Made by a program: the position numbers and the translations under genes
The notes under the pieces: generated by a model
Told to the model about the DNA's origin: nothing
The model's input: the letters and a program-made list of their open reading frames with translations, nothing else
Databases searched by the model: none
DNA from: Octopus sinensis
Taxonomy: Eukaryota
DNA: 64,000 nucleotides
Reading direction: 5' to 3'
Assembly (NCBI RefSeq): GCF_006345805.1
Contig: NC_043015.1
Coordinates: forward strand, 16,802,001-16,866,000
In this document: positions 48,201 through 63,200 of the stretch, one piece after another
How positions within the stretch are numbered: the stretch's first letter is position 1
Layout of the letters: the number at the start of each line of letters is the position of its first letter

Positions 48201-51200
48201 TTGGCAGCTTATTTGTCAATTAAACACTTCAGACATCTTGAAGGTAGGTCATTTACTGACCATAAACCATTAACATATGCATTAAAAAGTTCTTCGGAGA
48301 AATAAGACACCTTGATTTTATTTCACAATTTACTGTGGATATATGGTATATCATAAAATTCAGCAGCAGATGCACTTTCCAGAATGAATGTAGATGCATT
48401 AACTTCACTAAACACTATAAATTTGGAAGAAATGTCTAAGGATCAAGTTGTGGATAAAGAATTTTCTTTATATAAAAATTCCAATTCAACTTTAAAATGT
48501 TGCCGATCCATTCGTGTAATTCACATATTTGGTGTGATATTTCTACAGGTTTTTCGAGACCATTTGTGCCTGAAAAGCATAGAAAAGTTGTTTTTTCTGC
48601 CTTACATAATTTATCTCATCCAGGTATAGAAGCTTTATTGAAATTAATATCAAGTCGTTTTGTTTGGCCTGGTATGAATAAAGATATTCGTTCCTGGGTC
48701 AAATCATGTATGCAGTGTCAAAAATCCAAAGTACATTGTCATATCAAAGCACCATTAGGTACATTTGCAAATCCTGATGCGAGATTCCAACATATCCACA
48801 TCGATATAGTTGGACCCTTAACTCCATGTGAAGATAATATATATTTGTTGACGTGTATAGATCATTTTTCGAGATGGCCAGAGGCTTATCCGATAAAGGA
48901 CATATCTGCAGTAATTATAGCAAAAACCTTATTTACAAATTGGATGTCTAGATTTGGCATACCAAATACAGTGACAACAGATCATGGTAGACAATTTGAG
49001 TCTAGTCTGTTTGCAGAATTCAAAAAATTGTTGGGGATTAACAGAATTCATAAAACTTCATATCACCCACAATCTAACGGCATGATAGAAAGGTTTCATA
49101 GGCAGTTGAAATCTTCATTAAGAACTTATTCTGATTCTAACAGTTGGTATTGTTAGGAATTAGAAGTGCTGTTAAAGAAAATTTACAATATTCTCCTGAA
49201 CTCTTGTACGGAACAACATTAACTCTACCTGGTCAAATGTTCGAAGAAACCAATTCTTTTAATGGAGATGTTAATGATTATGTAACTCGTCTTAGGAGAT
49301 TTCTTACGAATATTCCTTCTTTTACAAGAAAATTGCAAAATGTTAAAAGTTTTGTTCCTTCTGATATAAATTCATGTATTTGTACGTAATGATGCTGCTC
49401 ATAATTCACTGAAATATAAATACACCGGACCTTTTAAAGTCTTGTCAGTTAGAGACAAAACTATGACTTTGGAGATAAATGGTAAAAAAGAAATTGTCAG
49501 TATCAACAGAGTAAAAAAAGCTTATTTCAACCAATATTCATGTCATGAAAATGAAGATGTGAGCAATACATATCGACATAGTTTGAAACAAAGTGATATT
49601 CAATGCGACAAATCTAATGTTAATGGAAACACAAAGTCAATTTTGAAATCACCTACCGAAGTGAAAAAGACTAGAAGTGACAGAATTGTACATTTTCTAA
49701 AAAAACTTTCTCAGTTTGTTTGAGGATTTTCAAAATATTTTTTATATTCCTGGATTATATATATAAAAATAGAATTTTTTTTTTCCAGTGAAATGAAATG
49801 AACATTATAATTGTAAAGGCATATGGAAAAGCTAATTTCATATATTTAATATGTAATTTATAAATGCATTGTATATATTGATGTGTTATAACTATTAATT
49901 CAAATGTTGTATTGAAAAAAATATGTATTACAAATTTTTTTACGCAAAATTTTAACAATTTTTCTGGCGAAAGGCTGATTGTAACAAGTAGCCATTTTTG
50001 AAGTAAAGCATGAATTGGCAATATGACGTAATGTCGTATTGCTGAAGAATTATTATTTTCGTTTTTTCCATTGGTTAATATAAAACCGCCTATATCTGCA
50101 TACTACATTTCGGAACATTTCCCAATCGGACAAGATCATACTCATGGGCGACTTCAACTCTCAATGTTGGGTGTGACAATACTTTGGTCCTCATGGCACA
50201 GGGAAAATGAACGCTAATGGACAGAGACCTTCTGCTCCGAGTATGACCTGTGCATCACTAACACCCTCTTTCAACAGTGGGACATTTACAAGACGTCATG
50301 GATTCACCCCCCGTTCCAAAAAGTGGCATCTCCTAGACATCATTGTCCATCATCAAGACATGGGCGATGTCCTCTATGCTCACACAATGCATGGAGCAGA
50401 TTGCTGGACAGACCACAACCTTATCTGCTCCAAGCATAGAATCAACATTTGGCCCCCTGCCAAAAGGCAAAAGCATCAAAACGACTGAACACCACGAAAC
50501 TGTATGATCCTGAGAATTGTGGCCTCTTTCAAGAGCAGCTTGCCATCAAATTGGATACTCTCCCACTCCCCAACCCTACCTCGGTAAACCAAGAGGAGCT
50601 AGATGATATATGGGACAAACGTATCTCCCTGATCTCCTCAGTTGCATGAATTTGCGGATGAGATCCTCCCTCTTCTCAGAAGTAAAAAACTGAGCTCATG
50701 ATGCCTACCTCTTGAGCAGGTCCAATGCACACCTCTAGAATTGGAATGATCTTTGCTCGGAATGCCAGAGTAGACTTAGGCAGATTCAGAACACTTGGTG
50801 GAAGAACAAAGCTGCAGAAATTCAACGTTTTGCAGATGAAAATAAGATCCACGAGTTCTACACTACAACCAAATCCATGTATGGTCTGTCCTCCAATCAT
50901 ATCAATCTGATATGATCTTTTCAGATAGCAACATGCTCTACAAGGAAAAGACCCAGATCTGTGACAGATGGGCAGAACACTTCAACACTTTGTTAAACAA
51001 GTAAATCCTACAGAAACCACACTGATTGATGAGCTTCCTCATCTCCCTCCTCTCCTTGAGCTGGATAAGGAACCCTCCCTCATGGAAATCTGTACAGCTC
51101 TCTCCTACTTAAAAAACAGGAAATCACCTGGATCAAATGGTGTGTCGGAGGAAGATCTATAAATATGGTGGTGCTACTCTTGTCTTGTTCATCAGATTAT

Positions 51201-54200
51201 TCTCTACTGTTGGAAAAGTGTCTTGATCCCTCAACGCTGGAAACACGCAGACATAATCACCATTTTCAAGAAGGGAGATCGCAAAGACTGCAACAACAGC
51301 AGAGGTATTTCACTCCTGGATGTTGCAGGAAAGGTCTTAGCACACATCCTGCTCTCTTGGCTTCTTGGTCACTTTCTTGAAGGAATCCTCCCAGGGTCTC
51401 AATGTGGTTTTAGAGCTAACTGTAGCACTATCGACATGGTCTTTGTCTCCCGCCCGCTGTTAGAGAAGTGCTGAGAACAACAGCGTGATGCCTCGTTTGC
51501 CTTTATTGACCTATCTAAGGCTTTTAATACTATTAGCCATCCACTACTATGGAATGTCCTGCAGAGGTATGGACGCCCTCCTAAGCTTCTTGCCATGCTC
51601 CACCAGTTCCATGACGGCATGCAAGCATGTGTGACATTGGGTGGTGATCAGTCTGACTACTCCAACGTTCAAGTCGGTGTTAAACAAGGCTGTGTCCTGG
51701 CCCCTGTCCTTTTCAATGTGTTGCTTGTGGCTGTGACCTCACTATCTCGATACAACCTCAACCCCGAAGATGGCATCCCAATTCAATATCACCACAATGG
51801 CAGTCTCTGCAACTTGAGGAGACTAAAATCCCTAACAAAGACTCAGTCTACCACTCTCTTTGAATTACAGTATGAAGATGACTGCAAAGCTTTCCCCCAT
51901 GAACCAGCCAGCCTTCAGCAGAACCTAGATGTTGTGTTCAATGCCTATCATTGGGCTGGACTCCAGGTCAACACCAAGAAAACAGAGATTCTTCGAAACT
52001 CCAAAAATGGTTTACTCCCTGTAACTCTTTTGATCCAAGACAACCAGCTAAAGAACACTGAGAAATTCACCTATTTGGGTAGCACCCAAAATCTCTCCAA
52101 TCTGAACTTCTACAAAGCAGGCAGGAAATCGATCTAAAAAGAGATCCTCAGACAGGACTGGCCGAAATGTCTCTCCACACCAGACATTGGCAAGAAGCTA
52201 GAATATTTTATGTCTGTTGTACAAGGCATATGCCAGAAATATATTCCAGAGCACAAGGCCAAAACAAATAGGAACAAGCTTCCAAGGAGGAGGAAGATCC
52301 TCATGAGACAACAGACGAAGGTTGCAAATCGCCTCAACCAACATCCCAAAAGTAGCGAAAGGTCCCACCTAAAAACAACACTGATGGAGATTGAATAAAG
52401 CCTGCAACAATCCTATGTCAGAGAGAGAGCACACAAAGAAGCCTGGGTTATAAAAAACAAAGGCCTTCTTTCATTATGTGAAAGAAACAGCCTCAGTACG
52501 CTGCAAAATAAGACCCCTCTTCCAAAAGGATAGCTCTTTCACAGATAGTCCAACCAGGATCAGTGAGGTACTGAATGACTGACCTGTTCAAAAGTGTCTT
52601 TACCACCCCATTGGAATACAGACAAGTGAACGAACCAGTGGACTTCTTTGCCACCTTACCTATAACCAGCAAGGCATTTACAATGGAATACATTGATATT
52701 AGTGAAGAAGATACACTACTAATCCTCCTCAAATTGTGTGAGCGTGCCCTGGCAAAACCCCTCAAGATTTTCTTTCAGAGCTTTCTAGCAAATGGCAGAC
52801 TGCCAAGCAAGCTGAAGGAGAGAAAGCCCAATCCATAAAGGGGGAAGCAAAGCAGATGCCAAAAACTAAAGGCCTATCTCTCTGACTTCACACATCAGCA
52901 AAGTCATGGAACAGATAGTCAGAGGGAAACTAATCGTATTCCTTAAAGGAAATAACTTGCTGAGTGATATCCAGCATGGCTTTCGAACAGGTAGCTGCCT
53001 GACTGGTATTTCAGCCTATGCAGTTGTGGCAGTAAATATTAAAGTAAAAGTCACCCACTAAAATTTAAGCTAAATGTATTCTGATTGAAACATAAACAAC
53101 ATCACAAGCAAGAGAATAATGAAGAGAATATCCACGGTAGTGACAACAGTTTGAGAACCATCTGCCTCCATGGTTCAGTTCCAAATTCTGAAAATGTTAC
53201 TGAATGCGACAGGCACCAGACAAAGGTCAGAAAGTATAATGGCTAAAACATTATGATTATAACAACCAAAATGAAGAAAACTAATCTGAATGTATCAGTA
53301 TATAATAAATAATATCAAACTGTAATAAATGGTAACTGCTTACAATGAATTAAGATTCAGTCAAGTAATTAACAATCAGACAAACCAAATATGAAAGAAT
53401 TCAATATTAAACAGTTTCTTCTTTATTTTTTGTAATGAGTCCTCAGCTAAACTACTTTTTTCTTCTAATCAGAAATTAAAATAAGGATTTTATCATGAAC
53501 AGAACTTATAGAAAATCAAGACAACCCAGAAACTACCTAGTGGCTAGCAGAATAATTTTCTACTTGGATGGATAAGAAATATGGATGATCCTCCTGGAAG
53601 GGTACATTTTATCATGGTACTTGTTTATGACAGATAAGACTGAGCTTAAGCCAATCTATCAGAAAAGAATTACCAAAAGGAAAGGAAATATCACCTGGAG
53701 ATTTTATTCACTGTCATTCTAAGGACTACATGAATAAAGATGGAATTATATAGTGGATAACACTAAATGTGAAATAAAGGACCAGAGGCTCTTCTAAAGA
53801 AGAAATCACTCCTCATTGCATACAAGACAGAAGAGATGAAAGAGAAGGCCATGTCTATAAACACCAACTGGCCTCACATCTTTACTACAACCTTTTGGAA
53901 GTAATGCAGAGTAAAACCATTGAAGGATAGAATTGGCTGGACATGAATAATTTTGTTTTCAGAACAAAAGGAACTAACAAAATGCAGTAACCTCAAGAAG
54001 CCAACCACCTTGTAGCATTGTGCATAAAGGATGATACCCATGATGACACTGGATGATCACATGGTAACAAAGAGTTTCTTGAAGTCAAGAATATCAAATA
54101 GCATGGATAAACTGAATATAACCATTTGTGGATTGGCAATAAGAGACAACCAAGAACAGATGGAATGGAGGGCATGGATCGATGAGGGACGACTTTATGC

Positions 54201-57200
54201 CAACAGTGATGAAGAATTTAACAGATGCTTTTAAACTGCTTTTAAGTTTTTATTTCTTCTTCGATATTATGATAAAGTTTACAGTCATCTATTATGTATG
54301 CAGTAATTATTCTATAATCATGTTCATAATCCAATTTGTTTAATAAATGTGCTCAACAAAACAACTTGTTGTTTAATTATCTAACTCCACCAATATCAGC
54401 AGATACAGAATATAATTTGGTTGGATCATACAATCTCATCCTCCATTGTAGATTTTGATTATAAAAGCTTGTATCAAATTTTCCATGCAAAATATGGGGT
54501 GCAACTTATACGCAAGTAAAAACAATATGTTGAATATGAAAGTTGTTAAAAATAAGCTTACTTGTAAAGATGGCAGTGGGAAATGGAATTCTCTGTCAAA
54601 TCTGCCTGGACGTCTCAATGCTGGATCAATAGCATCAATCCGGTTAGTAGCACCAATGACAACTATCTCATCCCGGCTATCTAAACCATCCATTAAAGCA
54701 AGCAGAGTAGAAACAATAGAGCTGTGAATTTGGTCTTGCCGACTTGAACGAACTGGGGCAAGTCCATCAATCTCATCAAAAAATATAATAGATGGCCGAG
54801 TCTGATAAGCCTAAAAGAGATAAACTTTGATTGAGAAAACAATGAAAACAAATATTTGATTAAAAAAACATTAACTTTGAAAATATTTCATACCAAATTT
54901 TAAGAAAGAAAGGTTTCTTTTAGAAATCACTATTTCTTGAGTGGTTCAAATTACAAAGTACAAGCAAAATAATGAGAGAAAAAAAACTATCTAAAAATAA
55001 GATAGGTTGATAATGATTTATACTAACCTGATCAAATAATAATCTTAGCTGACGTTCAGACTCCCCAACCCATTTACTGAGACAGTCAGCCCCTTTACGC
55101 ATGAAGAAAGCCACTCTTCGATTTTCTGTGCTGCATTCATTAGCTAAAGCTCTAGCTACCAAAGTCTTTCCAGTACCTAAAATGAAAAAAATAAATCATA
55201 ATATTTCTTTCAAAAGAAGACTATACTTCCAAGAGTTTGTCCTATAAAACTCAAATCATGTATTAATAAAAAAGAAATAGACATTAAGTCATAAAGTGCT
55301 CACCTGGTGGACCATAAAAGAGAACTCCTCGAGGTGGAGTAATTTTGAACTGCTCGAAGACTTCTGGATACAGAAGTGGGAAGACAATCATTTCTTTCAA
55401 GGCACTGATGTGCTTCTCTAAACCACCAATACTTTTGAAGTTAACCTACAGTAAATAATACAATAACAAACTGAAAATTATAGCAAGTACCTAAGATTTA
55501 ATTTGATCAAAATATATATACTTTTTTTACATTGAGAGGTACTGTGTAAGAAAAGATCAGCTATTATTTTATCAACTGTATTGTGTCATTAAATTAGATT
55601 ACTTTCTCAGTCAAAGTATGTATTGTTCAGCTTAAGAAAAGGTATCTCTGTAAAAATACTTGCTCCAACAATTCAAAGATAAATATCGCTTGTAAGCAAC
55701 TTTTTCTAAGTTGATATAGAATGGACAGTTTAGCGTAGTTCTATGGGTGCTTACATTGATGAAACTGTCAAAGTGACTTAAGTAAAAACAGTAATAGACA
55801 ATAAGCTCTTTTATGCACATGCAAAGATACTCTTCAATTATTTGAGCTTTAACATGCAAACAATGTGATGTCTACACACATATATGAACTCTACTTTCCC
55901 TGCCACTCATCTCTCTCACCTAGATTTCAGGAACAAGTTTCTTCTAGCCCAAAATCTCCTTTCTCATTACTCTTAATATACTTGCTGTCACTACCACTCT
56001 GAACTTTCTTCAAGCACAAGCAGGATTCTGGATCACGGACATCTGCCTTAGGTCACTCCTCTCTGGAGTGACTCCTTGATGACTTCAATACTCATAATAC
56101 TTCTTGGCAATTGCACTCCCTACAATTAGTTTTATCCCCATGAATTTCTGGTACACAGGCAATTCCAAATACTGATTCCTTTCTCACTTCCAGATCACAC
56201 CATCTCTGCCAATTGAATTGTCTAGATTATCACAGTCACATACTATATAATATCTTTCTACCTATTGGATCCTACAGCACATCAGATCAGCTCACTGCTT
56301 AGAACTCTTGGTTCTCAGCCAAATATCACTGGCAGTGCTGGACCCATCAGAAACAGTTAAGCACTTGAATCTAGATGCCTTGGTGAAAATGTTCTCCAGT
56401 GAAGGCATGTCACAACCTTGTTTCTTCAACAGCTGATGATAAAATCACATCACATCAAAACACACAATCCTATATACCATCATAGATAATACAAAACTAA
56501 AATTCTAAAAGTTGCTACAAATGCTGAACCTTACAATTTCTAATGCTCTTTACTAGCGAACACAAAAACCTAGCATTCGTCTTCAGAACACCCAAAGCTC
56601 GAGTGAGTCCTAAAATGGAATATTAATTTTATATCTGGAGTAGTGTTGTTGCTATACAAACACTTCAGTCTCTAGTTCACAGGTGTCCTATTCTCTCCTA
56701 CTAATCCCAGTCATGTGACTACAATGAATTCTTTTCTTTTACCATCATGCCTTGGTAGTCAATGAGAATACAGTATTTTCAAGAGATTAGAAGTGCCATA
56801 GGGCAAGTCTGTCACAAAAACGTCTGCAATCTAATTTAGATTTGTTGTCTTTTGGGTTACAAGCTTTGAATTTAAACAACTTCCATATCCCACTCACAAA
56901 TATCTCAAGCATTGTGCTTTTATTAATTTGTTCTATGACATGTAGTTCTATAAACAACTGCTTTTACAAAACCATCCCATATATGCAGGCATGGAAAAAA
57001 ACTGATATAAAAATGAAAAATGCATAAATTGAAATGTTTAATAAAACAATATAAAATGTTAAAAATTACAATGCACATGAACAGGAATGAATACTATATT
57101 CCTGGCAAACAATATAGTAAATAGTTACCCTTTTGTCAACTGTCATTGGGTCAACATCAGCCAAACTGGATCCAATTCTCAAACGATCCCTCACAAGTGA

Positions 57201-60200
57201 ATTAGCAAGATCTTCATTGCCATAATTCATTGGCAAACACCTTAAACATGTCAAGAAAGATGTATGTAATGAAATATTTCTTTTAATTCTTTTCATTAAA
57301 ATCAATTTCATATATTTCAGTAAGTTTGACATTAATTACACCTAAAAAGTACATCAAATCTAGAAACCATAGGTGTCAATATTTGCTGATCAACGAGAGG
57401 AAGATTATTTTCAGAATACTGATCCTGTTATTCTGTTATTAATTTATTCAACTGCAGCCATGGTGGGTGCCAGTTTGAAGAGTTGGTAACATCAAATATG
57501 TCTGGAATTTATTCTAACAGCCTCTCTTTATTTATTATTTTTTTTTTTTTGCCAAACCATTAAGTTTGTAAACAAACCTAACTGGTTGTTAAGCAATGAG
57601 AAACAAACACACACACATATCTACATATACAACAGGCTTCCACACAGTTTATGTCTACCAAATTTACTCACAAGGCATTGGCCGACCTGGTGCTATAGCA
57701 GAAGACTATGCTATGAAACCATATGGTTGAGAGGTGAACTTCTTAACCACACAACCATGCCTGCACCTATGTATAATATTTTTTTAAAATGAGAAATAGA
57801 CCACATTTACATTAAACATCGACCATATTCTATAGAGCTTTAAAGACCTAGTTTAACGAGTAATTTGATTTAAATAGTATTCATATAGAAAATAAATACA
57901 ACAAAATTTCAAATCTTAAAAATAAATGAGTGAGTAAAAAAATAAATCACCTGATTCAAAAGTGTAAAATAACATTAAAAGAAACAAGTAAAAATATATT
58001 ATTATTTATGAAATCAAAAATGCAGTGAAAAGCCAAGACAAAAATAAAATATTATCTTGCTAAGATTATATCTTATTTTTAAATTTGAGAAGACGCAAAA
58101 CAATAGAATAAATGTATTGATTAACTAGCAAGTTAAAAATTTAAATACAACAAAGTGTGAAATTGGAACACATTTCATAAATCTGCATTACTAGATTATT
58201 TATAGACACTTAACAGAAGTAAAGATAATTAACAATCAGATCCATTTAGATGAAATAAAAATTTTAAAATTATAATCCTATCTTGTATTTTCAGTCATTT
58301 GCAGAGGATTCAATCTTACCTATTCCGTGCTCGGGTCATACTCTTGGCTTTCCTTCTCTCAAACCGCCGCTCATCATCACTTGAATCACTGCTAGATGAG
58401 GTAGAAGAGCTTCCATGGAACGCTGTTCGTCTTCTGAACAAAAATATCAAATTAAAAATGAAAAGTAAATCATCTCTGTTAATATAAAATTTAAAATTAA
58501 ACAATGCTCATATGTTTTCTAGGAACAGGAACCAATAATTCTGAGAGACTGATGTCTAAAACACACTTTCCACCTTATCCAGAGGCAAATTTGACTCATA
58601 TACAAACACTATTGAATCTTAAGTTACACACTAACCATTCAGACTTCTGTAATTAGTGAAATGATGAATAAAAAAAAGCATAAAACTCGATATTTTTTAA
58701 CCAAACAAAATATCAAGGCATGATCATTATCATCATTGAACATCCACTTTTCTATGCATACATGGGTAAGATGGAATTTGTTGCAACAGATTTTCTATGG
58801 TCAGATGCCTTTCCTGTTGCCAACCCTCAGTTTCCAATCAAGGTAACATTTTTCATCACCAGATGTGTTTTCTCACAGAAGACTGGAAATGAACAGTAGT
58901 GCCTGTATGACAGCAATGCCCATTTATAACCATCTCATGATATCAGGACAAGGATACACAAAACACACATATTTATACAGAAAACTGGGTATAAAAGCAT
59001 CAGATGATGTGTTCAAGAGAGAAGACTGTGCTGGTTTGGTCATGTGATGTGTATCGATGAGGACAGCTGCATAAAAAAGTGCTATGTTCTAATTGTGGAA
59101 GAGGTGGACCCAAGAAGAAGTGGGATAAAGTGGATAGAAGGAATCTTCAGATGCTGAGCCTCACTGAGCAAATGACAAGTACCTGGTAAGATGCATCAAG
59201 CTAAGTAAAATCACTGTTTTCCGCACATAGCATTTTGCCTTTGCAGGTGCTGGTGCTGTGTAAATGCATATGTGCTGGTGGCATGTAAAATGAACCCAGC
59301 ACACTTAAGTGGTTGGTGTTAGAAAGGGCATCCAGCCACAGAAACTATGCCTCAACAAACAGCTGGAGGCTGGACAGCTCGCTGCTAGCCAACTCCATGT
59401 CAAACTGTCCAACCCATGCCAGCATGGAAAGCGGACGTTAAACAATGGTGAAGAAGACACTTGCTCAAGGTGCCACACACTGGAACTGAACAAGAGACCA
59501 CCTGTGCCAGGATAGCTGAAGTAAAGAGTTGATTCATAACAGTCATCTAATTGAGTTTAGACTTAACTGCTATTTCTAGCATGTGGATTGATTACATTAA
59601 AGTCCCCCTATGATTTAAAAAATTAAAATTTTGGAAGGCATCTTTTCGAACATGTAGTGGCTATTTCTAGCATCCTCATTTCATTGTCTTGTTCAACAAG
59701 CTTCTATGAATGCTCAAATGAATAGATGATTTTTAAACATCTAGAATTATAGTATGACAGTGAGATGTGATAGTGTTGTGCATTCAAAGGGATGTGTGGA
59801 TTTAAAAAATTTATTTATTTTGAAAAAACTTTTCTTTCAGCATCAAAATTTTCATGTTACAGGAAAAACAACAAAAGAATAAGGGGCTGGTAGCCAGCAT
59901 GAAGGGACACAGCAGGCATTCTATCTGTATATTCATGCTGGAATTTATCCCCACACCTTAGAACAGGGCCTAAGGCTCAATTCAGACAGTTATGTGAAGC
60001 TGTTAGAGACTGTGGTCAAACCCTGGCTGGAGAGGCCAAAGAGTTTGAAGTGGTTGTCAGAATTTCTACGACTGTACTAGCTCCAATTTCTAGCCTACTA
60101 ATTGCCCTGGCTGTAATCCCATTGATTACTATGTGTGGGGCATGATTGAGAAAGATACCAACTGCTCTGCCTGCACAACTAAGACCAACCTAGTGGCCAA

Positions 60201-63200
60201 GATCAAGGAGGTATTTGATCTTCCCAAAGAACAGTGAGGAAATCATGAACCAGGTTCCGAAGCCGTTTTGAGACCATGATGGAAGCTCAGGCCAGCTACT
60301 TTGAGTAAACTGTTATCTCTTAGCCATACTCATTGCAGGTACTTGTCCTAGAGAGATTTATGGGATTGACAGAAAATATAATCTGTTGAGTGCAAATAAT
60401 ACTTGTTTCACTGGACAGGTACTAGAAAGTGCTGCCAGCTGGCAGGCAGTTTTGAAAGTGTTGATCTTTTTTCTGAAAATTATCCCCTAATTACTCCCCA
60501 GTCCACAACCTTAGAGCTGCCATGATCAATACTGACACAATGAAAAGGTAGATCCAGTGAGAACATAAAAATGCTTGAGTGGAGGAATGTAGATGGGTGG
60601 TGTGGGTATACTTATGACAAAAATGGATAAAGTGACCAAAGTAGTTAGTGTATGTGATAGGATAATTAAGCTTAGACTAGCCTTAGAAAATATGATAGCA
60701 ACATTTATCTTTGCATGTGCTACAGAAGCTGGTCTGGTAGATAAATCAAAAACCTGTTTCTACAAAGCCCGTTTACAGATTACCTCGATGGCAAATGACA
60801 ATGATCTTCTTATAGTGGCTGGTGACTTCAACAAACAGCTTCAGCAGCAACCCAATGGATTTTATGGTGTACATGGAGGTTATGTCTTTGGTTCTAAAAA
60901 TGAGGAGAAAACAAGGCTCTTGGAGTTTTGTAATCTGCAAAACTAACTTCAGCAAACCAGCCAGCTACCAGATCACCTATCAAGCTAGTAGACACACAGG
61001 ACAGATTGACCATTGCCTCATCAGAGATAGGCAGATGATACTTGTGAATGTAAAATCCTTCACTTGTAAGTATATACTCAACACAACTTAGTAGTTAGTA
61101 ACATCAGACTTAAAGCCAAGACTCAGAGATATAAACCAGTCTGGAAAAGGAAGATATGAAAGCTTCAAGATCCATTAAACACTCAGAGATTTAGAGAAAT
61201 TCTAATTGAAACATTTGACAAGGAGAAACAGGAAATAGCATCAGAGAAGATAATTAGAAGTTCATATGGGACAACCTACTGAAGGAGACATACCAGACAA
61301 AGGATAATGTGATAGTGGAACAGTCTAGTAAATGGTCAAAAATTGAAGGAACAGGTTTGAAAGTATAAAAAAATGGCAGGAGAACTACACTGAAAAACAG
61401 CACGGAATGAAGATATTAAGAGATGATGATAATAATTATATGTTATACACATACACAAGTGCTACCCACTGGGCAATACTTCACAGTGTATATATGAATT
61501 AAATACACACATATAAATATATTAAAAAAAAAAATTTTTTATACATTTTAATATATCTACATGCAATTAATACACACATGTGCGTGTAAATATATAGTAG
61601 AAGCAAAAACTAAGAAAAATACATCTTGGACAATAGCATGTATCATAGTTATGATAATGACAGACTTACCGCATGTTTCCATTTCTATGTGCAGGAGATC
61701 TGTAAGATGTGTGCATTCCATGAGAGGAACTAGCAGGAGTGTCACAATACGGAAGATTTTTATTTCGTTTTTTAAGAGAGTCTAAAATTTAGCATAAAAA
61801 ACATATAAGAAATTTATTAAATTATAACAATTCTTTTTTATTCTTTTACATTCATATTTGTGTGTCAGAATGTGGAATGATTCTGCAAATTTCAATATTT
61901 ACATTTTCTTCTTTTCTCTTAGCGAATATGTTTTTATAATTGGATGTTCTTACTACTGCTAACCAATGAACTGTGAAATAGGAGTGACACTCATTTTTAC
62001 TACAAGTATTGTATCTTACTTAGGAGCATTATACAATAGCTGTAGCAAGTTTTGAACTCTTAAACAATTGGCCAATAGTCCAACACCTTAAGTTCAGTTC
62101 AAAATCACTAAAATATAGAAATATCAATATTTTAACAAATAGGCATCAATACATGACAAGAAATCATTTTAATATCCACTGAAAGCCTGACACTAAATTG
62201 CTGATACTAGCAACATATTTCAAACCTTAATTTCTTTGACATCAAAGAATAATTAACCCTTTCGTTACCAAACCGCCCAAAGCCGCCCAAAAGAAATTTT
62301 GGTTAATGTGACCAAACCGCCCAAATTTACCTATTCATATTTAAATGAGAATATCAGAGCAAATCTCTTTAGTACATTCGTGAAAACACGTATTTTACTT
62401 TGTAAACAGTTTAACTACAGTTTTGTACAAAGATCGACGTGTAATTTTAATTCCCTGAATTTTGGGAGATTTTTTTCCACATTTTTTTCGGCATCGATTT
62501 TTCTTCAACTTTGAAAATGGATAGGAGTTTCATGTTATCAAGCATTGATTCCGAATTGGAAAATTTGTGAAACAAATACTGGGTACTGTTGTAGATTTAG
62601 TTTTTATACAGGGAAACTAATGTTAGTCAGCATGGCTTAGGGTATGATGTGGTCTGGAAGTTATTGTTTGAAGCGATCAATGCGGAAACAAACTTACGCA
62701 GAACGTAAACAAACACAAAATGGGGGTTCAAATTTCGTAAAAATTTGTGAAGCAAATACTGGGTACTGCGTGGATTTAGTTTTTAGACAGGGAAAATAAT
62801 GTTAGTCAGCATGGCCTAGGGAACGATGTGGTCTGGAATTTATCACTTCCATACCATAACCAGGGCCGTATATTATTTTTTGACCGATTTCTTTAGTTCG
62901 GTCAAACTTACGGTGGATTCCAATATTTCAGTTTATTCCACCTTTATGGTACACCTGTTGTGCATTAAATTCAACTGATGATATAGTGATGTGCACAATT
63001 CTTCTTTATCAAAATTTTGTTGCATACCCATTTGAATATTAGCTGATGATTCATTTTCTATGGTGATGTTTAAACAAAATTTTAATATTTTTACCTTTTG
63101 CTCATTTTACCTGGATTTACCTGTAATTAAAGTCACTTTGAGACAAAAGTTATGCAATAGAATTGATTAAGAACCCTTTCTTTAATTATGTTCCAAATAT

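Larger units (their letters stand above)
45825..52084 (+). mobile_element. RTE/BovB-like LINE in two parts (45825-45995 and 50099-52084), interrupted by the Gypsy element
   Basis: Endonuclease reads across the insertion as [12 protein letters not shown]|[20 protein letters not shown]; RT motifs [42 protein letters not shown]. Confidence 0.9.
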
